DNA of 28,721 nucleotides from Candidatus Undinarchaeales archaeon (GCA_030753015.1 JASMDC010000031.1:13843-42563); one strand, 5' to 3'. Shown: positions 8,961 to 17,630, counted from the stretch's first letter. Made by a program: numbers and translations. The notes: a model not told the origin generated them from the sequence alone.

Positions 8961-9683
8961 CTAAATGAGCCCGCCCATGAGCTCGGACCCGAAGTCGAAC
9001 CTGTAACCGATATCCCCCTCGAAGGCCGCCTCTTCGTCGAGGCCCACCAGTTCGGTCGGAGTGAGCTCGTCCGAGACGTCTGACGGATCGTTGCTGATGA
9101 TGTCCACATCATCCTCGTCCGTCCCATCGACCTCGGTTTGCTCCTCTTGAATCCCATCTGCCTCTGTGGTCCGGACCTTTTTGCTCTTCTTCCGGATCGG
9201 GGCGCGACGGCGCTGATCGAACCGAGCGACCTTCTCGCGCACGAACGCCACCATGTCGCCTTCGCTAAGTGTGAAGCAGCGCTCCCCATCGGATCCGTGG
9301 AGGCAGACGCGCAGGATCCCAAGATTGGACAGGTCCCGTGTGACGCGTGTGATCTGGGACCGCGTGGAGAAGCTGGCCTGCTCGAAGATCTCGGCAGCGG
9401 TGATGTTCTCGTTACCGTTACGCACCAGGGTGGCGATGACCTTCTGCTCGTTGCGTGACAGGCGGTTCCAGAGGAACTCCATGAGGCGGCGCGCCTGCTC
9501 GTCACGTCGAGCCAGCTCGCGTGCGTGGAGCTCAGCCTCGCGGCGGGCCTTCTCGGCAGTCTCTCGGAGGCGCGCCTCTCGCTTGCGCTGTACTGAGATG
9601 AGCTCGGTACGGTCGGCCCGCAGGGCGTCGAGCTCTGCGAACACTCCGGGTGCAAGCAAGAAAGCCAGCCGTCGCAGCACCAT
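8961..9683 (-). CDS. Coiled-coil plus winged-helix protein with acidic tail
   Basis: R/E/A-rich helix, then LSRNEQKVIATL...ITAAEIFEQASFSTRSQITRVTRDLSNLGIL (MarR/TrmB-like wHTH pattern), D/E-rich C-terminus. TTTAAAAA at 9709-9716 on minus. Confidence 0.7.
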   Translation of the reverse strand: MVLRRLAFLLAPGVFAELDALRADRTELISVQRKREARLRETAEKARREAELHARELARRDEQARRLMEFLWNRLSRNEQKVIATLVRNGNENITAAEIFEQASFSTRSQITRVTRDLSNLGILRVCLHGSDGERCFTLSEGDMVAFVREKVARFDQRRRAPIRKKSKKVRTTEADGIQEEQTEVDGTDEDDVDIISNDPSDVSDELTPTELVGLDEEAAFEGDIGYRFDFGSELMGGLI

Positions 9684-9777
9684 GCATTCTGAGTTGGCCC
9701 TTTCATCATTTTTAAAGTTCGCAGGGGGGCGAGGCGATAGCGGAACTTGGATAAACCTTGGCTGCAGTATAACGCTC

Positions 9778-11313
9778 GTGGGTGACGAGGAGGAGGCATT
9801 CGCCCGTGGGGAAGGAGACTTTGCTTATGGCAAGTACTCCGAAGCGGCCGAGGCCTTCGCTTCCGTAGCTGATGAGCGGCCCGACATGGCCGCGGCCTGG
9901 GTGAACAAGGGTGCAGCCCTCCTCAAGGCGGGGGACGTCGAGGGGGCCCAGGCAGCCCTCGAGAAGGGATTGGAGCTAGATCAGAAGTCGTTCGAGGCCC
10001 TCCTCGACCTCGGTATCGTGTACAACCTTCGTGGCGAGTTCGCCCGTGCACGGGATCTCCTCCAGCGGGCAACGGCCCTCTCTCCCGATGATCCCGATCC
10101 CTGGCTCGCACTGGGGACCAGTGCCAACATGCTCAAGGATCTTGACCTGGCGGAGAGCAGCCTGCGCCGCGCTCTCGGGATACGCGATGATCCGAATGTA
10201 TGGATGCAGCTCGCCTCCGTGTGCAAGAGTAAGGGGAACACCAAGGAGACGGCCACCTGCCTGACGAAGGTGCTGGCGGCCGAGCCCAAGAACACGATGG
10301 CCCTCAAACGCCTTGGGTTACTGGCAGCGCGCTCAGGGAAGATGGAGAAGGCGGCCGAGTGCTTCTCCAAGCTCGTGGAGCTGGAGCCCGGGGACGTGGA
10401 CGGCTGGACGAACGGTGGGCGGGCCTTCATGCAGATGAAACGCACCGAGGAGGCCACCCGCTACCTCACACGTGCACTCGAACTGCGACCCGGGCACGTC
10501 GCCTCGAGGACCATCCTGGCCCGTGGGCTCATAGAAATGGAACGGTATGCCGAGGCCATCCCCCACCTGGAGATGGCCGCTCAGGTCGACTCCCAGAACC
10601 ATGATGTTGTCGGCGCGCTCGCCGATGCTTTCGAGCACACGGGCGACAATGCACGGGCCATCGAATGGCTCGGCAGGTTGTCGGCGCTCCGGCCAGAGGA
10701 CGCAGCGATCCTCTCCCGTATGGCGAGGGCCTACCACCGTATGGGTCGCATGAACGAGGCCGTGCACTACTATGGCCGTGCCGTGACCGCCCGCCCGGGC
10801 GATTTGAAGTCGCGGGAAGCACTCGCGGATATCGCCTTGGGACAGCAGGACCATATGACCGCAGCAGGCCATCTCAAGTCCCTTCTCTCAGATGATCCGA
10901 AACGCCTTGACCGCTGGCGTCAGCTCGTGGCATGCTACCGGACCATGGGGGAGCTGGGGAGGGCAGCGGATGCACTTGACCAGCTCGTGGGGCTCGACGG
11001 GCAGAATGCGGACGCATGGATCCAGCTCGCAGAGCTTCGCACGACCCGACAGGAATGGTCCAAGGCCGCCAAGGCACTGGAGCGGCTCGCCGATGTCCGG
11101 CCCTCCCCCGCCACGACCGCTGAGCTTGGGCGGGCGCTCGCGAAGGCCGGGAACGATGAACGGGCGTTCGAGGTGCTCATCCATGCAACCAGCGGCGGAG
11201 CTAAGGATCCGCTTGCATGGCGTGCCCTGGGTGACCTCTACAAGAAGCGGGGCGACCACGACAAGGCCATGGAGTGCTTCGTCAAGGTAGTCGAACTGGA
11301 TCCCGGCGCCTAA
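9778..11313 (+). CDS. Tetratricopeptide repeat protein
   Basis: Continuous 34-aa TPRs (AAAWVNKGAALLKAGDVEGAQAALEKGLELDQ ... AWRALGDLYKKRGDHDKAMECFVKVVELDP). Likely start GTG 9778, since the longer ORF overlaps the opposite-strand gene. Confidence 0.9.
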   Translation: MGDEEEAFARGEGDFAYGKYSEAAEAFASVADERPDMAAAWVNKGAALLKAGDVEGAQAALEKGLELDQKSFEALLDLGIVYNLRGEFARARDLLQRATALSPDDPDPWLALGTSANMLKDLDLAESSLRRALGIRDDPNVWMQLASVCKSKGNTKETATCLTKVLAAEPKNTMALKRLGLLAARSGKMEKAAECFSKLVELEPGDVDGWTNGGRAFMQMKRTEEATRYLTRALELRPGHVASRTILARGLIEMERYAEAIPHLEMAAQVDSQNHDVVGALADAFEHTGDNARAIEWLGRLSALRPEDAAILSRMARAYHRMGRMNEAVHYYGRAVTARPGDLKSREALADIALGQQDHMTAAGHLKSLLSDDPKRLDRWRQLVACYRTMGELGRAADALDQLVGLDGQNADAWIQLAELRTTRQEWSKAAKALERLADVRPSPATTAELGRALAKAGNDERAFEVLIHATSGGAKDPLAWRALGDLYKKRGDHDKAMECFVKVVELDPGA

Positions 11314-11386
11314 ACATCCTGCTGCGTACTCCGAAATGACAGCTCACGCTGGATGTTATCCTACGTCCCGGAGATGACGGACGGCC

Positions 11387-12247
11387 TCAGATGGTGATGT
11401 CGATGATCTCGACACCCTCGTTCCGGAGGATGCTCTCCACCCGGTCCTTGTGCCAGAGGTGCATGACCACGATCATGTTTCCATCTGAATGTCGCTTCTT
11501 GAGCGCGGTCAGCTCCTTGTCGATGGACTCGGCCATCTTCTCTTCGCGCTTCTTGTCGAACTTGTGGAGCACGGAGAACACGCGCTTATCGTGCTCGCTA
11601 TGGAAGCGCTCGCTGAACCAGGCATAGAAGTTATGGAAGAACCTCTCGTACTTGACACCCCAGTGACAGACACGGCAGTGGGGCGGGTGGTGGAACGGAT
11701 TGTCGGCCGGCTCGTGGCCGATAACGATCTCGAACCAGTGGAACGGCTTGTGGATTAGCTCGGCGAACCCCATCACGTGGGAGGGCACCTTCTTGGTTAC
11801 CATTATGTCCTTGCCCTTGTTGATGAGGTTGTCCTTGTGGTCCTGCTCGATGGCCGTTAGCTCCTCGGCGACCTCTTCCTCGATCTCGTGAAGGGGCACG
11901 TCGATGGCAAGGATGTCCGCGTCGACCTCCTTGGCGGCCTTGAGGATGTAGAAGAAAGAACCGTCCGGTTCGAAGTCCTCCAGTTCCTCGGCATCGATCT
12001 CGTTCTCGAGGAACTTCTGAACGAGCTTCTCGTCGAGATCGATCTCTTTCCCAACGAAGTCAAGGATGAACTCCTTGAGCTTTGCGTCCTTGAGCTTGCC
12101 TGCCCTGTACTTGTCTAGCTTCTCCTGAAATGGATCGCGGGGAAGCTCAAGCGCAACGGCTTTGGGCTTCTTGTCCATGATGTACCTCGCGGTCCATATT
12201 GCATGGGGAGTATCATACCTGCGTTGGCCTATGACGACGACGGTCAT
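11387..12247 (-). CDS. TraB/ChaN/EreA-fold protein, divergent
   Basis: VVIG...KPKAVALELP, AAKEVDADILAID, REEKMAESI, IVVMHLWH match the TraB/GumN layout; His-rich insertion containing CRVCH. Confidence 0.6.
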   Translation of the reverse strand: MTVVVIGQRRYDTPHAIWTARYIMDKKPKAVALELPRDPFQEKLDKYRAGKLKDAKLKEFILDFVGKEIDLDEKLVQKFLENEIDAEELEDFEPDGSFFYILKAAKEVDADILAIDVPLHEIEEEVAEELTAIEQDHKDNLINKGKDIMVTKKVPSHVMGFAELIHKPFHWFEIVIGHEPADNPFHHPPHCRVCHWGVKYERFFHNFYAWFSERFHSEHDKRVFSVLHKFDKKREEKMAESIDKELTALKKRHSDGNMIVVMHLWHKDRVESILRNEGVEIIDITI

Positions 12248-12278
12248 GTAGTCACCGTGCTGTGCTGTGACTCGAAGC

Positions 12279-12286
12279 TTTAAAAA
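12279..12286. promoter_or_regulatory. TATA box of divergent promoter
   Basis: TTTAAAAA in the 61-bp gap between divergent starts 12247 and 12309. Confidence 0.55.
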
Positions 12287-12308
12287 CTTTTAGCGAACTT
12301 GACGTTTT

Positions 12309-13517
12309 ATGCGCGAGGCGCCGTGGGTGGAGAAACATCGCCCACGCCGGCTCAAGGACGTTCTCGGGAATCCTTCCGTTGTCAAGAGGATGAATGGATG
12401 GCTGCTCAACTGGAAGGGTGAACGCCACAAAGCATTGCTCATCCATGGCCCTGCTGGATGCGGCAAGACCACGGCCGCATACGCCCTTGCCGAGGAACAT
12501 GACAGGGAGGTAGTGGAGCTCAATGCCTCCGACTTCCGGCGCAAGGTCGATATCAACGATATAATGGGTAACGCCGCGACCCAACAAAGCCTGTACCGGC
12601 GCGAGCGCATCCTACTGCTGGATGAGGTCGACGGGATACATGGCACCGCCGACCGGGGCGGCCTCCCTTCGCTGCTCAAGATCATACGGACCACCGCCTA
12701 CCCCGTGATCCTCACGGCCAACGACATCTACCAGCCCAAGCTCAGGGCTCTGCGGCTCCTATGCGAGGTCGTCCCGTTCCGCAAGCCCGCGGTCGTTGCG
12801 GTGAAGAAAGCCCTGCGTCGTGTGGTCGATACCGAGGGACGAGACGTCGAGGACGAGCTCCTCTCCGACATCGCAAGCCGTTCCGGGGGAGATATCCGTG
12901 CCGCCATCAACGACCTTCAGACCGCTCTCGCAGGAGGTATCCCCCTCGCGGACCTGGAGGCGCTTGGGAACCGGGACCAGACACGCTCGCTCACGGAGGC
13001 CGTGCGCATCGTGCTCAAGACACGGAACATCCAGCATGCCCTCGAAGCGACGGACAACCTCACCGAGGATCCGGACACGGTGTTCACCTGGATAGCCCAC
13101 AATGTCGCGCTCGAGTACGACGAACCTGAGGACCTGGCCCGGGCCATGGACCGGCTCTCCCGGGCCGATGTGTTCCGTGGACGCATATTCCGGTCACAGA
13201 ACTGGCGGTACCTCGTGTACATGCGCGACCTCATGACCGCCGGTGTTGCCCTGGCGAAACGCGACAAATACCGCAAGTTCGTCAAGTACGGGTATCCCCA
13301 GCGTATCATTAGGATGGGGCGGAGCAAGGAGCTTCGCGCCACGCGTGACGAGATCGCCGAGAAAGTGGCGCGGCGGTGCCATACATCGCGTCGTGTCGTT
13401 ATAGACGAGTACCTTCCTGTCCTGGTCCGTGTCCTTCCCCGTTCGCCCGAACTCGCTGAGGGACTGGGGCTCACTGAATCAGACGTAGCGTTCCTTGCGG
13501 AGTTCTTGCGCCGCTAA
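12309..13517 (+). CDS. rfcL: Replication factor C large subunit
   Basis: PWVEKHRP, Walker A GPAGCGKT, ELNASD, Walker B LLLDEVDG, GDIRAAINDLQ, collar LSRADVFRGRI. Confidence 0.95.
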   Translation: MREAPWVEKHRPRRLKDVLGNPSVVKRMNGWLLNWKGERHKALLIHGPAGCGKTTAAYALAEEHDREVVELNASDFRRKVDINDIMGNAATQQSLYRRERILLLDEVDGIHGTADRGGLPSLLKIIRTTAYPVILTANDIYQPKLRALRLLCEVVPFRKPAVVAVKKALRRVVDTEGRDVEDELLSDIASRSGGDIRAAINDLQTALAGGIPLADLEALGNRDQTRSLTEAVRIVLKTRNIQHALEATDNLTEDPDTVFTWIAHNVALEYDEPEDLARAMDRLSRADVFRGRIFRSQNWRYLVYMRDLMTAGVALAKRDKYRKFVKYGYPQRIIRMGRSKELRATRDEIAEKVARRCHTSRRVVIDEYLPVLVRVLPRSPELAEGLGLTESDVAFLAEFLRR

Positions 13518-14281
13518 CCGGAAGTCTCAGCTTCCATCTCGTTACCGGTCACGTTCGCGGGTGATGGGACACCGGACGGCCCCGTGACGTTGGCCGGTTG
13601 CGGCGTCGCCGTAGCGTTGTCCAACTCGGTGACGTTCACATCGGGTAAGTGGGGTGCGTCAGTAGCGTTGCCGGTGGTCGGGTTCCCCTCGCCGGTCACG
13701 TTCATGTCCACGATAACGTTCCCGTCCAGAGGCACGATCCTCTCGGCCGGTGGGGGGAGAGGTGAGGCGGCCGCGTCACGTTCGCATCGCTGGCGGAGGG
13801 AATTGATGGCCAGGGCGGTGCACAGGGTGGGGTCCTGGGCAGCGCGCGCACGGCATCGGACCCGCCAGTCCTCGCTCGTCATCCGGTCGCACACCTCTGA
13901 GTCAGACGCTCCCGTGTCATAGAGGCAACGATCGCGCATCCCAGCGGACGTACCATCACAGATGGAATGATCACCGACAGCCTGGGCCCTGGCGATGAAA
14001 CACTCGTCCCGCTCGATCCCCTGGGGGCGGTCCATGCATGGTGCGGTGACCCCACCGCCCCTTAATGAGGCAAAGTAGAGGAGCGAACCCAGGACTATTA
14101 CCGTGAGGGCCAGTGCCCACAGAGGGATGTGTGTCGTCTCCGGCTCGGGGGACGCCTCCCAGTGCCCGGTCTGCTGCCAGGGTTCACCGTACCCTTCCTG
14201 ATAGGTGTACCCTTCCTGCGGGTCAGCGACGGTCTGCTCGTATCCGGCATTCTCGGTACCCTCCCAGGAGCCCGGGTCCAC
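13514..14281 (-). CDS. Single-pass membrane protein with Cys-pair repeats and sequon-rich tail
   Basis: Acidic N-terminus, TM LWALALTVIVLGSLLYFA, about 4 repeats like DHSICDGTSAGMRDRC, then Pro/Thr tail with NVT x4 and NAT x2. Confidence 0.75.
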   Translation of the reverse strand: MDPGSWEGTENAGYEQTVADPQEGYTYQEGYGEPWQQTGHWEASPEPETTHIPLWALALTVIVLGSLLYFASLRGGGVTAPCMDRPQGIERDECFIARAQAVGDHSICDGTSAGMRDRCLYDTGASDSEVCDRMTSEDWRVRCRARAAQDPTLCTALAINSLRQRCERDAAASPLPPPAERIVPLDGNVIVDMNVTGEGNPTTGNATDAPHLPDVNVTELDNATATPQPANVTGPSGVPSPANVTGNEMEAETSG

Positions 14282-14304
14282 GATACTTGGGGGACGGACT
14301 AGCC

Positions 14305-14311
14305 TTATAAA
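14305..14311. promoter_or_regulatory. TATA box of divergent promoter
   Basis: TTATAAA about 24-26 nt from both GTG 14281 (-) and ATG 14337 (+). Confidence 0.6.
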
Positions 14312-14336
14312 GATAGAGGGGTCCTCCGCACAGCCG

Positions 14337-15182
14337 ATGACCGACCACTACCATACGGTGCTCCCTGCCGGTTACGTCGTGATAAAGGCAAAGGCGGACG
14401 GACGGCGAACACTCAGCTTCCGCTACCGCGGGATGGCACAGTTCGTGCAACGTCTGTTCGCCGCGCTCGCGCGGCTCGAGGACTCGTACAATGTGCGGCT
14501 CCGTGACCCGCTCTCCCTCGTTCTCGAGTCGAGGAACGTCCCCTCCCGGGACATCCCACGCACGGTGTTCGGCATCAAACCATCACTGGTGACCATTGGC
14601 GTGGACGAGGAGGTGCGCGATATATCCGCCGGGTTCGAGGTGGGTGAGTTCATCGACGCTGCTCTACTCGTGACCCACATCGCCCGGACCCTGCGCCAGG
14701 CGACCGCGGTCACCGCGGAACAGATGCGCAAGTTCACCCGCAAACACTATGCGCCGGTCGTGCGGGGGAACATCAACTACCGGCTGAGCGTCCAGGCCGG
14801 GCTCCTAGATGCGATGGAGACTGCGGGGAACGAGCTCATGACCGCGACGATGGAAGCTTGCCGGGGACCTGGCCGTACTCTCGATGAGCTGGCAGCGGAG
14901 CTGTCGGCCCCACGCGACGATGTGGTCCGTGCCGTGCTCACCATGGAGCGGTGCGGGCTCCTGGACCAGCTCGGACGCGAGGACGGTGGGCGCTACCGGG
15001 CCCCGACGCCGGAAGGGGCCGAAAGCCCTGCGGATTCTTCATCCACATCAGGGACGAAGGACTTGGTGTCTACGAACGAATCGGTCGAGAGGAATGAATC
15101 CGTCCCCGAGAAAATCGACGATACGGGCAAGGGACCCAAGGAGTACGGTCTGAAGCGTGCTGATGGCGGGCCCCGTTCCTAA
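14337..15182 (+). CDS. Uncharacterised protein with C-terminal winged-helix
   Basis: Start ATG 14337 by TATA spacing. RTLDELAAELSAPRDDVVRAVLTMERCGLL...GGRYR is a wHTH pattern; N-terminal domain not recognised. Confidence 0.65.
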   Translation: MTDHYHTVLPAGYVVIKAKADGRRTLSFRYRGMAQFVQRLFAALARLEDSYNVRLRDPLSLVLESRNVPSRDIPRTVFGIKPSLVTIGVDEEVRDISAGFEVGEFIDAALLVTHIARTLRQATAVTAEQMRKFTRKHYAPVVRGNINYRLSVQAGLLDAMETAGNELMTATMEACRGPGRTLDELAAELSAPRDDVVRAVLTMERCGLLDQLGREDGGRYRAPTPEGAESPADSSSTSGTKDLVSTNESVERNESVPEKIDDTGKGPKEYGLKRADGGPRS

Positions 15183-15595
15183 ATCATCCCGTCCTGGACG
15201 AAGTGCGCGATCTGCTTCTTGAACTTCTCGAACCCGCCAAGTGTGTTGATGATGCCGTCCTTGAACTCCCGGTAATCGATGCAGGCCATGTCGAAGTCCG
15301 TGTCGAAGGCGAGGGTGTCCCCGTGGAGGGATGCCTTCATAAGGTTCATCTGACCTGAAAGCTCCAAGAGGCGCTGGTAGAGCATCTCGCGTCGTTCCGT
15401 CGAGATCTGATTGACGTTCCCAAGGATGAGCGAAACGCGCATGAACTTTTCACCGGGGATGATGATCATCTTCGGCTTGAGGTCGATGAGGATGACCTCT
15501 GGATTGTCCGGTGGTGTCGAGTGAGGGAGCCCGATCTTCTCGATCCACTGCTCGACCACCTTCCGGTTCACAACAGCGGGTTCGTCTCCTACCAT
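15179..15595 (-). CDS. YbjN/T3SS-chaperone-fold protein, paralog 2
   Basis: 138 aa; REMLYQRLLELSGQMNLMKASL...IDYREFKDGI; aligns by eye with neighbour. Confidence 0.65.
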   Translation of the reverse strand: MVGDEPAVVNRKVVEQWIEKIGLPHSTPPDNPEVILIDLKPKMIIIPGEKFMRVSLILGNVNQISTERREMLYQRLLELSGQMNLMKASLHGDTLAFDTDFDMACIDYREFKDGIINTLGGFEKFKKQIAHFVQDGMI

Positions 15596-15601
15596 ACCGT
15601 C

Positions 15602-16042
15602 TCACCCGTACATGGCGTTCGCCATGTTGTCTGACTCCTGGCCCTCGATGAGCCGTTTGTACTCGTCGTGCGCTACCGCTAGCGCCTTGAACCCATCCTT
15701 GAACTCGTCGAAGCTCAGCGAGTCGAGATCGAAGTCGATCTTGATACCGATGGTTCGGAACATGATGACGAACTTCATCAGGTTCCACTCAGCGTTGGTC
15801 TCTAGAAGCTGTTTGAAGAACCGCTCGCGAGAAGGTACATCGATCTTGGCCAGCGGTTTGAGCAGCGTCATTATATGGGAGTACCGCATCTCGTTCGAGA
15901 AGTACACGATGATGCGGGGTTTGATATCGATGACCAGGCCGTTGTAGTCCTTGAGCTCGGGATCTACGAAGTACCGGAAGCCCATCCGCTTGATCCACTC
16001 CTCGATCTCGACCGGTGTGATACGGTCCATGTACTGCTCCAC
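15602..16042 (-). CDS. YbjN/T3SS-chaperone-fold protein, paralog 1
   Basis: 146 aa (start GTG 16042 or ATG 16030); RERFFKQLLETNAEWNLMKF...LSFDEFKDGF. Confidence 0.65.
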   Translation of the reverse strand: MEQYMDRITPVEIEEWIKRMGFRYFVDPELKDYNGLVIDIKPRIIVYFSNEMRYSHIMTLLKPLAKIDVPSRERFFKQLLETNAEWNLMKFVIMFRTIGIKIDFDLDSLSFDEFKDGFKALAVAHDEYKRLIEGQESDNMANAMYG

Positions 16043-16060
16043 CCTCCCCTCGTGTGCGAG

Positions 16061-16077
16061 TTTTTATATACTTTTAT
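16061..16077. promoter_or_regulatory. TATA region of divergent promoter
   Basis: TTTTTATATACTTTTAT between the YbjN-like pair and asnS. Confidence 0.6.
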
Positions 16078-16092
16078 CCGACCCTTGCCCGC

Positions 16093-17379
16093 ATGGAGTG
16101 GCTCCAGGTTCGCGATGTGCTCGCTGGTGACGGCGCTGGTGAGAAAGCATGCATCCGGGGGTGGATCCACCGCAAGCGCCAGTCCAAGAAGATTGCCTTC
16201 CTCGTCGTACGCGACGGAACGGACGTCATCCAGACGACGGTACGCGCGGGTACCGAGCCCTTCCCAGAGGCTGAAAAAGTCACTATCGAGTCCTCAGTAG
16301 AGGTGGAAGGGACGGTGCACGCCGATGCGCGAGCCCCCGGGGGCAAGGAGCTGCGCGTGGAGAAGCTCAGGATCATTGGACTCTCAGATACCTTCCCCAT
16401 CACAAGGGACCAGAGCACCGAGCTCCTCATGGACCTGCGTCACCTGTGGGTACGCAGCGTTCCTATGAACCGGGTAATGCGCCTGCGTGCAGCCGTCTTC
16501 CAGGCCTCCCGCGAGTACTTCGACACCATGGGGTTCGTAGAGGTCCATCCGCCCATGTTCATCACGGCCGCCTGCGAGGGGGGATCGACCCTCTTCAAAG
16601 TGCCATATTTCGGCAAGAAAGCCTACCTTACACAGAGCTCGCAGTTCTACTTGGAGGCCCTCATCACAGGACTGGAGCGGGTGTATTGCGTAGCACCTTC
16701 CTTCCGCGCGGAGAAGTCGCGGACAACGCGCCACCTCACCGAGTTCTGGCACATCGAGGCCGAGGAGGCCTTCTGCGGGCTCGAAGGGACCATGCGGACC
16801 CAGGAGGATCTTGTCGCCCACATCTGTCAGACCATCGCCACGCGATTCCCCGAGGAGCTGCAGGCCATGGGCCGGGATCCGGAGGTCATCGCTGGCGTGA
16901 AAGCGCCTTTCGAACGCATTTCCTATGACAAGTCCATCGACATCCTCCAGGGCAGGGGCGTCGACATCCCCTGGGGCGCGGACCTGGGCACGAAGGAGGA
17001 GCGGGAGCTCACGATGGAGTTCGAACAGCCGTTCTTCGTCTACCATTACCCCGCCGAGGCGAAGGCGTTCTACCACCGGCTCGATCCCGAGGACTCCTCC
17101 AAGGTGCTGTGCGCCGATATGCTGGCGCCCGAGGGCCACGGGGAGATCGTCGGTGGCGGCGAAAGGACCTGGACCATAGAGGAGATCATGTCACGCATCA
17201 ACGAGGAGGAGCTCGATACCACCGACTATGAGTGGTATCTGGACCTGCGCCGGTACGGTGGCGTGCCCCATGCCGGTTTCGGTCTGGGGGCTGCCCGACT
17301 CATCAAGTGGATCTGCGGCATGGAGCACATCCGGGACGCTCTCCCCTTCCCTAGGACCATGAACCGTATCTATCCCTGA
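16093..17379 (+). CDS. asnS: Asparagine--tRNA ligase
   Basis: OB fold IRGWIHRKR...FLVVRDG, YLTQSSQFYLE, motif 2 FRAEKSRTTRHLTEFWHIEAE, motif 3 PHAGFGLG, C-terminal PFPR. Start ATG 16093. Confidence 0.93.
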   Translation: MEWLQVRDVLAGDGAGEKACIRGWIHRKRQSKKIAFLVVRDGTDVIQTTVRAGTEPFPEAEKVTIESSVEVEGTVHADARAPGGKELRVEKLRIIGLSDTFPITRDQSTELLMDLRHLWVRSVPMNRVMRLRAAVFQASREYFDTMGFVEVHPPMFITAACEGGSTLFKVPYFGKKAYLTQSSQFYLEALITGLERVYCVAPSFRAEKSRTTRHLTEFWHIEAEEAFCGLEGTMRTQEDLVAHICQTIATRFPEELQAMGRDPEVIAGVKAPFERISYDKSIDILQGRGVDIPWGADLGTKEERELTMEFEQPFFVYHYPAEAKAFYHRLDPEDSSKVLCADMLAPEGHGEIVGGGERTWTIEEIMSRINEEELDTTDYEWYLDLRRYGGVPHAGFGLGAARLIKWICGMEHIRDALPFPRTMNRIYP

Positions 17380-17407
17380 TCGTATCATATTCACGAGGTT
17401 ACTCACT

Positions 17408-17551
17408 ATGTGTGCAAAATGTTCGGTATGCGGCGCGGACGTCGACCGCCTCTCGTTTAGGACCCCTGACGGCAAGAAGGTCTGCTCGGTCATCTGTGCC
17501 CAAGGGAAGCGGGAAGAGGTCAAGAAGAAGCAGTCCTTCGGAGTGTACTGA
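17408..17551 (+). CDS. 47-aa Cys-rich microprotein (TRASH/YHS-like treble-clef finger)
   Basis: Below ORF-track cutoff. Manual translation MCAKCSVCGADVDRLSFRTPDGKKVCSVICAQGKREEVKKKQSFGVY; CxxC...GKKxCSxxC; SD-like GAGGT upstream. Confidence 0.75.
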   Translation: MCAKCSVCGADVDRLSFRTPDGKKVCSVICAQGKREEVKKKQSFGVY

Positions 17552-17630
17552 GGCAGGGGCCCGAACCCGGGCCTGAGGGGAAGGATATCCACGACCCCAT
17601 ACGGGGTGAACCGGAACTGTGCGAGGTACC

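Noticed and set aside
9253-9777. N-terminal extension of the TPR ORF and ORF 8750-9799
   Set aside because: Arg/Ser-rich readings overlapping the wHTH gene; TPR pattern starts at about 9778.
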